A stretch of 64,000 nucleotides of DNA from an uncultured candidatus Porisulfidus sp. (GTDB taxonomy: Bacteria; Pseudomonadota; Gammaproteobacteria; Poriferisulfidales; Poriferisulfidaceae): the NCBI GenBank assembly GCA_965116025.1, contig OZ220480.1, forward strand, positions 1,120,001 to 1,184,000. Direction: 5' to 3'. Made by a program: the position numbers and the translations under genes. Every line of letters starts with the position of its first letter. The stretch's first letter is position 1. Shown here piece by piece: positions 38,245-49,579 of this stretch. The notes beneath the pieces are model-generated. The model was given only the letters and a program-made list of their open reading frames with translations, was not told the DNA's origin and did no database searches.

Positions 38245-38919
38245 CTAGCCGATGGCGGATGGAGGGGCGATGGGATCCAGATCCAGCTCGAACAGGCGCT
38301 TCTGATACGTTTTGCCGGGCGAATGCTGCCGGACCAGACGGGCCTCCATCACGGGAGGGCGCCCGACCACGACGAACAGGCGCCCCTCGGGCTTCAGCCA
38401 TCGCTCGAAATGGGGGTCATAGTCTGGCATTGACGCGGTGATCGAGACCGCATCATAGCGGATATCCGTCTGGTAGGACCAAGCGTTCATGGCGCGCGTG
38501 GAAACCCAGGGGGATTCCGATTCCCCGACTTGGCCGGGCTCGCCGTTCCACGGGGTCGAGGCGAGCGCCTTTCCCGCGGCTTCCGCGAGCTCCGGATGAA
38601 GCTCGAGGCTGTCGACGCTGGCGCCGAGGTGGCGCATGCAGGCGGCCAGGAATCCCGACCCCGTTCCGACCTCCAGGATCCGCTCTCCTGGGCGTGGAGC
38701 GAGGGATTGCAGCAAGAGCCCCTGGTCGCGGGGCGACATCATGCGTTGCCCGCAAGGCAGGGGGATGGCCATGTCGGCGAACGCCTGGCCGGAATGCTCG
38801 GATGGGACGAACTTCTCCCGGGGAACGCGCAGGAACGCGTCCAGCGCGCGCGCGTCCAGCACGGAGCCTCCGCGCAGTTGCCGTTCCACCATGTTGTGGC
38901 GCGCGGTTTCGATGTTCAT
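38245..38919 (-). CDS. pcm: Protein-L-isoaspartate O-methyltransferase
   Basis: ARHNMVERQLR, VPREKFVP, ILEVGTGSG. Confidence 0.88.
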   Translation of the reverse strand: MNIETARHNMVERQLRGGSVLDARALDAFLRVPREKFVPSEHSGQAFADMAIPLPCGQRMMSPRDQGLLLQSLAPRPGERILEVGTGSGFLAACMRHLGASVDSLELHPELAEAAGKALASTPWNGEPGQVGESESPWVSTRAMNAWSYQTDIRYDAVSITASMPDYDPHFERWLKPEGRLFVVVGRPPVMEARLVRQHSPGKTYQKRLFELDLDPIAPPSAIG

Positions 38920-38990
38920 GGGCGAGGGGGATGGTCGAGCGCCTTCGAGGGCGCGTCATTTTACAAAGGTCGCGGAGTCGCCGCCGGCGG

Positions 38991-40892
<1,902 letters not shown>

Positions 40893-41083
40893 TTATACAA
40901 GCCGGAAGCGTTCCACCGGATGAGCGGGGCGCGAACTCTCTCCTGGATCTCTATGGAATCCCCGACGAGGAGGCGGGATTCGTCTCGTAGTCAGAGAGCG
41001 GTCCGCCCCGAGCGATGAGTCCGGGAAAGCCGGGCTCGCCTGTGCTACACTCTCAAACCCGGAATTCTCGCGAGGAAACGACG

Positions 41084-42151
41084 ATGGCGAGCAATCTGAA
41101 GCATATCCGTGGCGACTGGTCTCACGAAGTCCTGCGCGGCACCGCGGCTTCCGAGTATATCAACGGCGAGGGTGGTGACGACTATATCTTCGCCGGCGAC
41201 AGTTTTGACACGATCTGGGGCGGAAGTGGCGACGACTGGCTCTACGGTCAAGGAGGCAACGATGACCTGACGGGCGAATCGGGCGACGATAATCTCGCTG
41301 GCGGCAAAGGCAACGATTGGCTCAATGGTGGCGAAGGCGCCGACAGGTTCGCGTTCCGCCTCGGCGACGGCTTCGACTACATCTACGATCTGCAAGCGGA
41401 CGACACGATCGTGTTCGTCTGGGGCGACGGGGACGCTGGTCCCCTCAAGTTCACGGAACGGGATGGCGAGGCGGTCATCGTCTATGGCGATGGCGGCACC
41501 GACGATGGCTCCCTGAAAACCCTCTTCTATAGCGAGACCGACGAGAACGGGAAACTCTGTTACACCCGCGAGAAGGCGGTTGGTGGCGACGGAGGAGGCA
41601 CCGTCACGATCGGCGGAATGTCGCTGGCCGAATTCAAGGCCCTCGGCATGGGCATCACGGCCCATGGTGGCGATGGCGACAACACGCTGCACGGCACTTT
41701 CGGCCGCGATACGCTCCACGGCGGCAAGGGCGACGACAAGCTAAAGGGCAAAAGCGGCAATGATCGACTGCATGGCGAGGAGGGCGACGATAAATTGATG
41801 GGACATAAAGGAGACGATATGTTGGCCGGTGGTGGTGGCGACGATATCCTCAGGGGTGGCAGAGGCGACGATTTGCTCGCTGGCATGACTGGCGACGACA
41901 TGCTGTGGGGCGGCCGAGGTGCCGACCTGTTCTCGTTCCGCAAGGAGGACGGCGCCGACATCATTCGCGACTTCCAGGATGGCGACAAGATCCGCTTTGT
42001 CGAGGTCGGGCATGGGTACGATGGGCTGACGATCACCAACGACGCCAACGGCAACGCCGTGGTCACCTACGGAGGTGGCCAGGGCGGAACCATCACGTTG
42101 CTGAACGTTGATTCGGAGTCCCTGACCGAATCCGATTTTCTGTTCGCCTGA
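41084..42151 (+). CDS. RTX / hemolysin-type Ca2+-binding repeat protein (probable T1SS substrate)
   Basis: Many GGxG(D/N)DxL nonapeptides; C-terminal ITLLNV..LTESDFLFA; GAGGA RBS. Confidence 0.88.
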   Translation: MASNLKHIRGDWSHEVLRGTAASEYINGEGGDDYIFAGDSFDTIWGGSGDDWLYGQGGNDDLTGESGDDNLAGGKGNDWLNGGEGADRFAFRLGDGFDYIYDLQADDTIVFVWGDGDAGPLKFTERDGEAVIVYGDGGTDDGSLKTLFYSETDENGKLCYTREKAVGGDGGGTVTIGGMSLAEFKALGMGITAHGGDGDNTLHGTFGRDTLHGGKGDDKLKGKSGNDRLHGEEGDDKLMGHKGDDMLAGGGGDDILRGGRGDDLLAGMTGDDMLWGGRGADLFSFRKEDGADIIRDFQDGDKIRFVEVGHGYDGLTITNDANGNAVVTYGGGQGGTITLLNVDSESLTESDFLFA

Positions 42152-42457
42152 GGCTCCGCGCCAGTCGGGGCGCTCGGTGGTACTTTTCGCTGGGCGTGAC
42201 CTTAGCGTTAGCGAATCGGTCTAGGGGTGCGCCGGCTCAGGGAGGGCGCGACGCTCCCTTTTCGAGTCTCCAGAGAATCCGCCAATCCGAATGGCTGGGG
42301 CGAGCAGCGGTTGGGACAAGCTGGCGAAAACCCTCAAGGCCGAAATTCATCCCGGCCTGATCAGGCTTATCGTGACATCCGTTCTCTCTTTATTCGCGCA
42401 CGCGGTCAAGATCGTGGGTGATCGAGACGTCGAGAGCTTGAAAATAGTGGAGCTGGA

Positions 42458-42811
42458 ATGATGGGCCAGTCGGTTGGAGATTTGCAGAGCGAGAACCGGG
42501 CGCTCGCGCGAATCAAGGTGTCCCAAGATGTGGTCGCGGAATTCTGCCAGCGTTGGAAGATCACGGAACTGTCTTTGTTTGGCTCGGTTCTACGCGAGGA
42601 TTTCGGCCGTGAAAGCGACATTGACGTTCTCGTTTCGTTCAAGCCTGGCAACGTTCCGGGACTGGGGTTCGTCAGCATGGCGGATGAGTTGGAAAGCCTG
42701 TTCGGACGGTCGGTGGATGTCCTTGCGAGGTCCGCGGTGGAGCGAAGCCAAAACCGTCTTCGTCGCAAGGAAATTCTGGGATCGGCCAAAGTCATCTATG
42801 CGGAAGAATGA
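42458..42811 (+). CDS. Minimal nucleotidyltransferase (MNT antitoxin)
   Basis: LFGSVLREDFGRESDIDVLV, LESLFGRSVDV. Confidence 0.88.
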   Translation: MMGQSVGDLQSENRALARIKVSQDVVAEFCQRWKITELSLFGSVLREDFGRESDIDVLVSFKPGNVPGLGFVSMADELESLFGRSVDVLARSAVERSQNRLRRKEILGSAKVIYAEE

Positions 42812-42893
42812 AGTCTACCTGCGCGATATGCTTGTCGCGTCCAGCAATGCTTTCGAATTCGCGCGAGGCATGACCTATGAGGCCCGAACGTGA
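42798..42893 (+). pseudogene. Truncated DUF86/HEPN toxin
   Basis: MRKNEVYLRDMLVASSNAFEFARGMTYE resembles a DUF86 N-terminus and overlaps the MNT stop. It ends after 31 aa with no RX4-6H motif. Confidence 0.65.
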
Positions 42894-43078
42894 GCGTGAT
42901 CGAGCCGAGTTCGATTGTCTTGACGAATGCGCGCGCGCCGTCAACGCGCAGGGTGGATTTGGCCGCTGGGACCGGCTGATATCGGGAGGATCAGACGAAA
43001 CGCGGGATATTCTCGCGACGCGCGCCGGCCAGCGAGTCGCCATCTTGAATGATCAAGAAATCGAAAGCTACCCTCGAA

Positions 43079-44236
43079 TCAGTGTCGTCCTCGCCAGCCA
43101 TTTTCTGATTCCCGTCCATCATCGCGCAAGACGCTTTCCACCCGAGGATTCAGTAATTTCCACTTCTGGCCCGTTCGCTCAAGATCGCCCTTCAGCGTAA
43201 CCATGGCACCCTCGCGGGCTTGTATCGCCCGCTCGTAATCCGTTCGCTCCAAATCCGCCGTGACCATTAGCTCCCGTCCGTCCATCTTGGTCTTCAATTT
43301 GATCTTTCCGCCAGCGTCCTCGTCCGCTCGCGCCAAGACGTGAACGAAGCCATGGAGTCTCGCGTCGAATCGTGGCGCGCGCTTCCGAAACGCGCGCGCC
43401 ACCTCGTGCAGCATCGCGGCATCTGGTCGACCGAACCGGAATATGGACCTTGGTGGTGTCATCGGTCGCGTTCGCGCCCATTCGATGCCTACGTCCAGCG
43501 TCGCGAAAGGCTCGATCATCTTGACCAGCGCCTCGCAAAAATTGGCGCTCAACTCCCCTGGTAACGACATCTTCGAAGGCGTCTTTCTCGCCGGCGCTCC
43601 GCTCGCTCGTTCCGTCACTCGGCGCGCCGCGTCAAGAGCTTCGACGAGCCGTCTCGTCATCCGCCGCGCGTCTGGCGCGTCCGGGTCTTCTGGATCCTCG
43701 ACTGGTGACGGAAGGGACGATGGTATGGCCGGCGTCAGCAATGTCACGGCCAATCCGCCTCGGCTCGCTGGCCCAAACCGCATCTGTCTCAGCAGTTCCG
43801 TAGTTTCCCGATTCGCCCTTTCTCGGTATGCCGGGCGAGGTCCACGGAGCGAGCGGGTCGTGGATAGCACCATGTCCCGAACGCCCTCGAAAAGCCTCAA
43901 GCCGTCGTCGAGAGGAAGGCCGCCATGGTTCCTTTCTGGCGTTTGAACGCGAATAACGTCGCGGTCCGCCGTCACCAGCGAGTGGTACACCGTCAGCTCG
44001 TCCTGACGGGAAACTCGCGCGAAGGTCTCGATCAGTTCCGCCACCACGCTCGCGTAGTCTCCAAGGCGCGTCGTGCGCGGCACGACGATTTCCGGCAACG
44101 CGTCGCTGATGTAGATGTCCGAGCGCTCGCGGTACGATGCTCGCTGACTCCAGCCAGTGGCGCGGGCGTATGCGGACAGCGCCGCTGGCGAGATCGCCAG
44201 TAGCGCGTCACGGTCGCGAATGCTGACCTGCATCAA
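43079..44236 (-). CDS. Hypothetical protein (385 aa)
   Basis: Long ORF with normal composition; no motif I can name. Confidence 0.65.
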   Translation of the reverse strand: MMQVSIRDRDALLAISPAALSAYARATGWSQRASYRERSDIYISDALPEIVVPRTTRLGDYASVVAELIETFARVSRQDELTVYHSLVTADRDVIRVQTPERNHGGLPLDDGLRLFEGVRDMVLSTTRSLRGPRPAYRERANRETTELLRQMRFGPASRGGLAVTLLTPAIPSSLPSPVEDPEDPDAPDARRMTRRLVEALDAARRVTERASGAPARKTPSKMSLPGELSANFCEALVKMIEPFATLDVGIEWARTRPMTPPRSIFRFGRPDAAMLHEVARAFRKRAPRFDARLHGFVHVLARADEDAGGKIKLKTKMDGRELMVTADLERTDYERAIQAREGAMVTLKGDLERTGQKWKLLNPRVESVLRDDGRESENGWRGRH

Positions 44237-44526
44237 GATTTCTTTCTCAAGACTCTCGTCATCAGTTTTCGCGGACGCTCTGGAAGTCGGGCGCTTTCCG
44301 CCGTGATCGTTCCAGCCATCACCTCGTGGAACTTGGGCGCCGGACCGAGGTAATTGAGGAATTCGAAAGTCGACGCGACCTGGGGCTCGTCGGCACTTGA
44401 ACGCTCACTCTACCACGCGCGGCTTTCCCTTGAGCTTGGTGGCGCGAGCCCGCCATGATTCTCGCTGGATTTGCGCTGGAGCGCGGTTTCTGATAAAGTG
44501 CGCCGCGCAAGAACGGACCTTATCCC

Positions 44527-44763
44527 ATGTCTCGAATCTGCCAAGTTACCGGCAAGCGCCCGATGGCGGGCAACAACGTCTCGCACGCGCACAACAAGAC
44601 GCGGCGGCGTTTTCTGCCGAATCTTCACACCCAGCGCTTCTGGGTGGAGAGCGAGAATCGCTGGGTGAAGTTGCGAGTCTCCCGCAAGGGGATGCGCGTC
44701 ATCGAGAAGAAGGGCATCGACGTGGTGCTCGGAGAGCTTCGCGCCCGCGGCGAGCGGGTCTGA
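44527..44763 (+). CDS. rpmB: 50S ribosomal protein L28
   Basis: [33 protein letters not shown]. Confidence 0.97.
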   Translation: MSRICQVTGKRPMAGNNVSHAHNKTRRRFLPNLHTQRFWVESENRWVKLRVSRKGMRVIEKKGIDVVLGELRARGERV

Positions 44764-44768
44764 CGGTC

Positions 44769-44936
44769 ATGGCCAAGGCGGTTCGGGAGAAGATCAAGCT
44801 GGTGTCGAGCGCCGGCACCGGGCATTACTACACGACCACCCGAAACAAGCGAACGGCCACCGGCAAGATGGAGATCAAGAAGTACGATCCGGTCGTGCGC
44901 AAGCACGTCCTCTATAAGGAAGCGAAAATCAAGTAG
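44769..44936 (+). CDS. rpmG: 50S ribosomal protein L33
   Basis: [23 protein letters not shown]...[19 protein letters not shown]. Confidence 0.97.
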   Translation: MAKAVREKIKLVSSAGTGHYYTTTRNKRTATGKMEIKKYDPVVRKHVLYKEAKIK

Positions 44937-44940
44937 GAAT

Positions 44941-44975
44941 CCTGACCGCTTTCGGTCCGGCGTTTTTCGTTTTTC
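44941..44975 (+). terminator. Probable intrinsic terminator after rpmG
   Basis: GACCG-CTTT-CGGTC hairpin followed by T runs. Confidence 0.55.
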
Positions 44976-45001
44976 CTGGTCCCGCGAGAAAGCGGGATTC
45001 G

Positions 45002-45298
45002 CTACTCGGGACAGGGACAGGCGCAATCGCCTCGGTTGTTCCAGCAGCACCCGCCCCGCATTTCCGTTTTCGCGTCTTTCCAGATCCCGCAACTCCCTCC
45101 GGTCGTCCTCTGGCCCAGCGGGTCCTTGACGCGGAACCCATACCGGTCCTTGACGGTCACGGTCACGTATTTGATGGATGGCTCCTCGGCCACGGTCCCG
45201 GCGCGCGCGTCCTCGTCATCGAACAGGGAGCCGACGGTCTCGCAACCGGCCAGGGCGAGGGGAAGAAAGAGTGCCAAGGTCCAGGAATATCTTTTCAT
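45002..45298 (-). CDS. Small lipoprotein with Cys-rich C-terminus (98 aa)
   Basis: MKRYSWTLALFLPLALAG-C lipobox; ends SCGIWK..GGCCWNNRGDCACPCPE. Hidden inside a longer spurious ORF of the track. Confidence 0.75.
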   Translation of the reverse strand: MKRYSWTLALFLPLALAGCETVGSLFDDEDARAGTVAEEPSIKYVTVTVKDRYGFRVKDPLGQRTTGGSCGIWKDAKTEMRGGCCWNNRGDCACPCPE

Positions 45299-45339
45299 TG
45301 TCAGGGAAAGCGAGGATGTTTGGTTCAGGGGAATGACGC

Positions 45340-46563
45340 TCAGGCGGGTCGCAGCGAGTAGCGGCACAGATGACGCGCGAACCGCTGGAGCCCGGCGATG
45401 CCGGTGCGCTCGGCCTCCGCGCACCATTCGTCGAGCCGCCCGCGCATGATCCGGTATCCCTCGTTCCGCGCGCGGATGATCTCTTGCAGCTTGCGCTGAT
45501 AGCGAATGACCTCGCGCAGGCGGGGATGTCGGGACAGAAGTTGCTGGAGCTGGCTGTGATCGAGGGGCGTCAGTCGGTGCTCCAACGTGGGCAGCATCTT
45601 GCCCAAGCGCTTGAGCCCAATGCGGTAATGGCCGGTGGCGCTCCGCATCTCGGCGCGCAACGTCGGCATCAGCACCTTCCGGGCGTACTGGCCCATGACC
45701 ATGATGCGGCTGGAGATCAGAGCCTGCATCGTTTTCTGGTCGATCTGGGTCTGCGCCCGCCGCAGCTCGAGCCGGGGAGCCTGACGCAACACTTTCGCCA
45801 TCCGCAACGCGCGGAGCAGGCGAATGTACATCCAGCCGATGTCGAATTCCCACCAGCGCATCGAGAATCTCGCGGAGGACGGGAAGGCATGGTGGTTGTT
45901 GTGCATCTCCTCTCCGCCGATCAGGATGCCAATATTGGCGATGTTGGTGGAAAGGTCGTCCGTGGCGAAGGATCGGTAGCCGAATCTGTGCCCAATTCCA
46001 TTGATCACACCGGCCGCGAAAAACGGAATCCACGTCATCTGGATCGCCCACATGGCGAGCCCTGGCAACCCGAACAGAACCAATTGCGCCAGCAATAGCA
46101 GAACGATTCCCAGATTTCGTTGGCCAGCGTACAGATGGCGCTCCAAGAAGTCGTCTGGCGCGCCGCTCCCATAGCGACGCAGAGTCTCTTCCCGCGCGGC
46201 TTCTTCCTGGTACAGGCGCACGCCGGACCACAGCACGGCGCGAAGGCCGGAGACGGCCGGGCTATGCGGGTCGCCGGCGGTCTCGCAGGCCGCGTGGTGC
46301 TTGCGGTGCACCGCGATCCACTCCCGGGTCACCATGCCGGTGGTCAGCCAAAGCCAGAAGCGGAAAAAGTGCCGGACCGGTGGGCTAAGGCGCAATCCGC
46401 GGTGCGCTTGCTCTCGATGCAGGAAAAGCGTGACTGAGACGATGGTGATGTGCGTCAGTCCCAGAATCAGCAGGAGGTAGCCCCAGGCTGGCATCAGGAA
46501 CAGGCCGTGCCAGAGGGCGATCAGTTCGCTTGTCAAGGCGGCGGGGATATTTGGAAGAATCAA
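45340..46563 (-). CDS. desA: Delta-9 acyl-lipid/acyl-CoA fatty acid desaturase
   Basis: His boxes HREQAH, HRKHH and HNNHH. Confidence 0.9.
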   Translation of the reverse strand: MILPNIPAALTSELIALWHGLFLMPAWGYLLLILGLTHITIVSVTLFLHREQAHRGLRLSPPVRHFFRFWLWLTTGMVTREWIAVHRKHHAACETAGDPHSPAVSGLRAVLWSGVRLYQEEAAREETLRRYGSGAPDDFLERHLYAGQRNLGIVLLLLAQLVLFGLPGLAMWAIQMTWIPFFAAGVINGIGHRFGYRSFATDDLSTNIANIGILIGGEEMHNNHHAFPSSARFSMRWWEFDIGWMYIRLLRALRMAKVLRQAPRLELRRAQTQIDQKTMQALISSRIMVMGQYARKVLMPTLRAEMRSATGHYRIGLKRLGKMLPTLEHRLTPLDHSQLQQLLSRHPRLREVIRYQRKLQEIIRARNEGYRIMRGRLDEWCAEAERTGIAGLQRFARHLCRYSLRPA

Positions 46564-48515
46564 GGATCGGTTCGCAGTCGGATATTACCATAGGTGTCCA
46601 CCCTCGCCCGCCAGCGAGGCGAGACCCGGATCGTGGCGGTGTCCTCGAGAATGATGGCGGGCCCCTCCACCATCTGGCCGGCCGCCAGCTCGGCGCGCGC
46701 GTAGACCGGAACCGGTCGATCCAGGCCATGCACCGTCGCGTGGTCGAGAGGCGCCGCCGGGTCTCGCGCCGGCCAGGGAGGCAGGGCTGGCGGAGAGGAC
46801 GGATCTATCAGGCTGATCCGAAGGCTGACCAGTTCCACCGGCATGTCGAGCGCGTAGCCGTAACGCTCGCGGTGGCGGGCGTGAAAGCCTTCTCGCGCTT
46901 GGGCCACTGAGGTCCAGGGCAGGCGCAGGACTTCAGACTGCCCCTCGTAGCGCAAGTCCAGATCGCGCGACGAGAGCCAGGATGCCGAGATCTCCCTCCC
47001 GACATCCTCGTGGACCCGCTCAGCGAGCTCATGGAAGCGGCGCTCGATTCCGATATCGTCGAAGTCCGCTAGCCGTCCAGGAACGCTCCGGGACAGTTCC
47101 CGCCCCCGCGGCGCCAGCAACAGGCCGAGCGCGGAGAAGATCCCGGAGTGGACCGGAACCATCGCCCGCGTCATCGATAGCGCGTCGGCCAGTTCGCACA
47201 GATGCAACCCGCCGGCCCCGCCAAACGCCATCAGCGTGAAATCTTTCGGGTCGTGGCCCTGGCGCACCGAGACGACCCGCAAGGCTTGGGCCATGTTCTC
47301 GTTCACCAGACGCTCGATGCCCAGGGCGGTCTCACGCGATCCCATCCCCAATTCTCGCGCCAGTCGTTCGAGCGCCGATTCGGCCGCCTCGACATCCAGG
47401 GGCTGGTCGCCTCCCAGCCGGGTTCGCGCCGGCAACCAGCCCAGCGCGACGTTCGCGTCGGTCACGGTGGGTTCCACGCCGCCGCGGGCGTAGCAGGCGG
47501 GGCCGGGTCGGCTTCCGGCGGAGCGCGGGCCGACCCGGAGCAGTCCTCCGGCGTCCCGGTACGCCAGCGACCCTCCGCCAGCCCCGATGGTATGCATGTC
47601 CGCCATCGGCACCGAGACGGGAATGTTTCCGATCTTTCCCCGGGACGTGATCCGGACTCCCCCGTCCAGCAACGCCACGTCGGTGGAGGTTCCTCCCATG
47701 TCCAGGCTCAGGACGCGCGCGTCCCCGGACTGTCGTCCGATCTGAAGGGCGGCGGCCAGTCCTCCGGCTGGGCCTGACAGCAGCAGTCGCACCGCGTGCC
47801 GCGATGCCAGCCGACCCGGTAGCGTGGCGCCGTGGCTCTGCATGACGTCAAGCTGGGCGTTCGGCAGGGATTGGCCCAGGTCGTCAATGTAGCGCCCGAC
47901 CCGCGGGCCGACGTAACTGTTGAGCCAAGTCGCCATGCCACGCTCGTATTCCCGGATCTCAGGCAATGTCTCGGACGAGCGGGAAATGAACAGATCACCA
48001 GGCAGGGCGCGCGCGATCCGCCGTTCGTGGCGGTCGTCCAGAAACGAGAACAGAAGGTTGATCGCCACCGCCTCGGGATTCAGCTCCTCGATTTTCCGGC
48101 GCAGATCGTCCAGATCCTCCTCGGTCAGGGGCTCCAGCTCCTCCCCCTTGAAGGAGACGCGCCCCCCGATCTCGACGCGAAGCTCCTCAGGCATGGGCGG
48201 CTCCTCGGGCGTTGGGGTCAGGTTGTAGAGCTCATCGCGCGCTTGGCGGCCCAGACTTAGGATGTCGGCGAACCCGCGATTGGTGATGTAGGCGCACCGC
48301 GCGCCTTTGCGCTCCAGGACGGCGTTGGTCGCGACGGTGGTTCCGTGGACCAGATGAAACGCTCGCCGTGGGTCGATGCCCATCTCCCGTAATCCGCGCC
48401 GGATCGCCCGCGCCGGAGAATCCGGGTCGGATGGAACCTTGTGAACCCGCCAGGACTCGCCGTCCAGCATCACGAAATCCGTGAAGGTTCCCCCGGCGTC
48501 AATGCCGACGCGCAT
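46560..48515 (-). CDS. Hydantoinase A / oxoprolinase family ATP-binding subunit
   Basis: GIDAGGTFTD, HGTTVATNA, LSGPAGG, DMGGTSTD, IGAGGGS, FGGAGGLH. Confidence 0.92.
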   Translation of the reverse strand: MRVGIDAGGTFTDFVMLDGESWRVHKVPSDPDSPARAIRRGLREMGIDPRRAFHLVHGTTVATNAVLERKGARCAYITNRGFADILSLGRQARDELYNLTPTPEEPPMPEELRVEIGGRVSFKGEELEPLTEEDLDDLRRKIEELNPEAVAINLLFSFLDDRHERRIARALPGDLFISRSSETLPEIREYERGMATWLNSYVGPRVGRYIDDLGQSLPNAQLDVMQSHGATLPGRLASRHAVRLLLSGPAGGLAAALQIGRQSGDARVLSLDMGGTSTDVALLDGGVRITSRGKIGNIPVSVPMADMHTIGAGGGSLAYRDAGGLLRVGPRSAGSRPGPACYARGGVEPTVTDANVALGWLPARTRLGGDQPLDVEAAESALERLARELGMGSRETALGIERLVNENMAQALRVVSVRQGHDPKDFTLMAFGGAGGLHLCELADALSMTRAMVPVHSGIFSALGLLLAPRGRELSRSVPGRLADFDDIGIERRFHELAERVHEDVGREISASWLSSRDLDLRYEGQSEVLRLPWTSVAQAREGFHARHRERYGYALDMPVELVSLRISLIDPSSPPALPPWPARDPAAPLDHATVHGLDRPVPVYARAELAAGQMVEGPAIILEDTATIRVSPRWRARVDTYGNIRLRTDP

Positions 48516-48592
48516 GATTCTCCCGCGTTTCGCCGCCCGATGTTAAAATGAGAATGCCTCTGGGAGGCCGCTGATTCCGGTCGTATCCATCC

Positions 48593-49579
48593 ATGTCCTC
48601 GATCTCGCCGGGCTTTCGAATCGAATATTTTTCGGGTCCGGCTCCTCCCCGACACTCCGAGCGGACCCTCGCGCGTATCTTATACGGCGCGCGCTCGTCG
48701 GCCAGCGATTCCGCTCTAGAGCTGGCGTTGCCACCGTTGGGTCGATCGATCCTGTGCGAGCGTTGGACCAGCGACCGAATTGAGCGACGCGGAAAAGCCC
48801 GTGGATTTCGATTCGTTCGCTTCGGCTCGCGAATGCTGGCTTACGCGACGTTCGAAGAGGACTCGCCGGACTTGCGCCCGCTAGCGCGGCGAATCTACCG
48901 GGATTTGCTCCAACTCGCGCGCGAGCAGGGGTGTCCCTGGATTCTGCGCGTATGGAATCACTTCCCGAACATCGTCGAGTCAGCGGGCGGCCTGGATCGC
49001 TATCGCTCCTTCTGCGAAGGCCGCCGCCAAGCCATGCTTGAGGACGGGCGGGAGACCAGCCGAATCTTGCCGGCCGTCACCACCACCGGCAGCGTCGCGC
49101 CAGGGTTCGCGGTGTATTTTCTGGCGGGCGTCGAGCCTGGAAACCCGATCGAGAATCCCCGGCAGACGGCCCCCTCGAACTATCCAGAGCACTTGGGTCC
49201 GCACGGCCCCTCGTTTTGTCGGGGGGTGTCGCATGTCGCGGACGGACAGTCCGCCCTGTATCTGTCCGGCACCGCCAGCATCACGGGGCACGCGACGCGC
49301 CACTCTGGCGACGCCGCGGCCCAGGCCCAGGAAATCCTGCGCAATCAGGCGGCCGTGATCGAGCAGGCCCGCATTCAGGGCGCGCGAGACCCGGAGCGGT
49401 TGCGTCAGCTCCCGTTCCAAAAGATCTATTTGGAGAATCCAGAAGACCTTCCGGCCGTCCAGCGCGAGGTGGAGGCCGTCATGGGGAAGGGCTTTCCCTG
49501 CCACTTTCTGCGCGGCTCCCTGTGCCGGCGCGATCTTCTTCTGGAAATGGAGAGCGCTTACCTGCATGAGCCTGACTGA
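48593..49579 (+). CDS. FkbO/Hyg5/XanB2-family chorismatase
   Basis: LRVWNHFPNI, RYRSFCEGR, IENPRQ, GPSFCRG, LSGTASITGH, CRRDLLLEME. Confidence 0.8.
   Translation: MSSISPGFRIEYFSGPAPPRHSERTLARILYGARSSASDSALELALPPLGRSILCERWTSDRIERRGKARGFRFVRFGSRMLAYATFEEDSPDLRPLARRIYRDLLQLAREQGCPWILRVWNHFPNIVESAGGLDRYRSFCEGRRQAMLEDGRETSRILPAVTTTGSVAPGFAVYFLAGVEPGNPIENPRQTAPSNYPEHLGPHGPSFCRGVSHVADGQSALYLSGTASITGHATRHSGDAAAQAQEILRNQAAVIEQARIQGARDPERLRQLPFQKIYLENPEDLPAVQREVEAVMGKGFPCHFLRGSLCRRDLLLEMESAYLHEPD

Noticed and set aside
45002-46231. 409-aa ORF overlapping desA
   Set aside because: Alternative-frame read-through; only the terminal 98-aa lipoprotein is credible.
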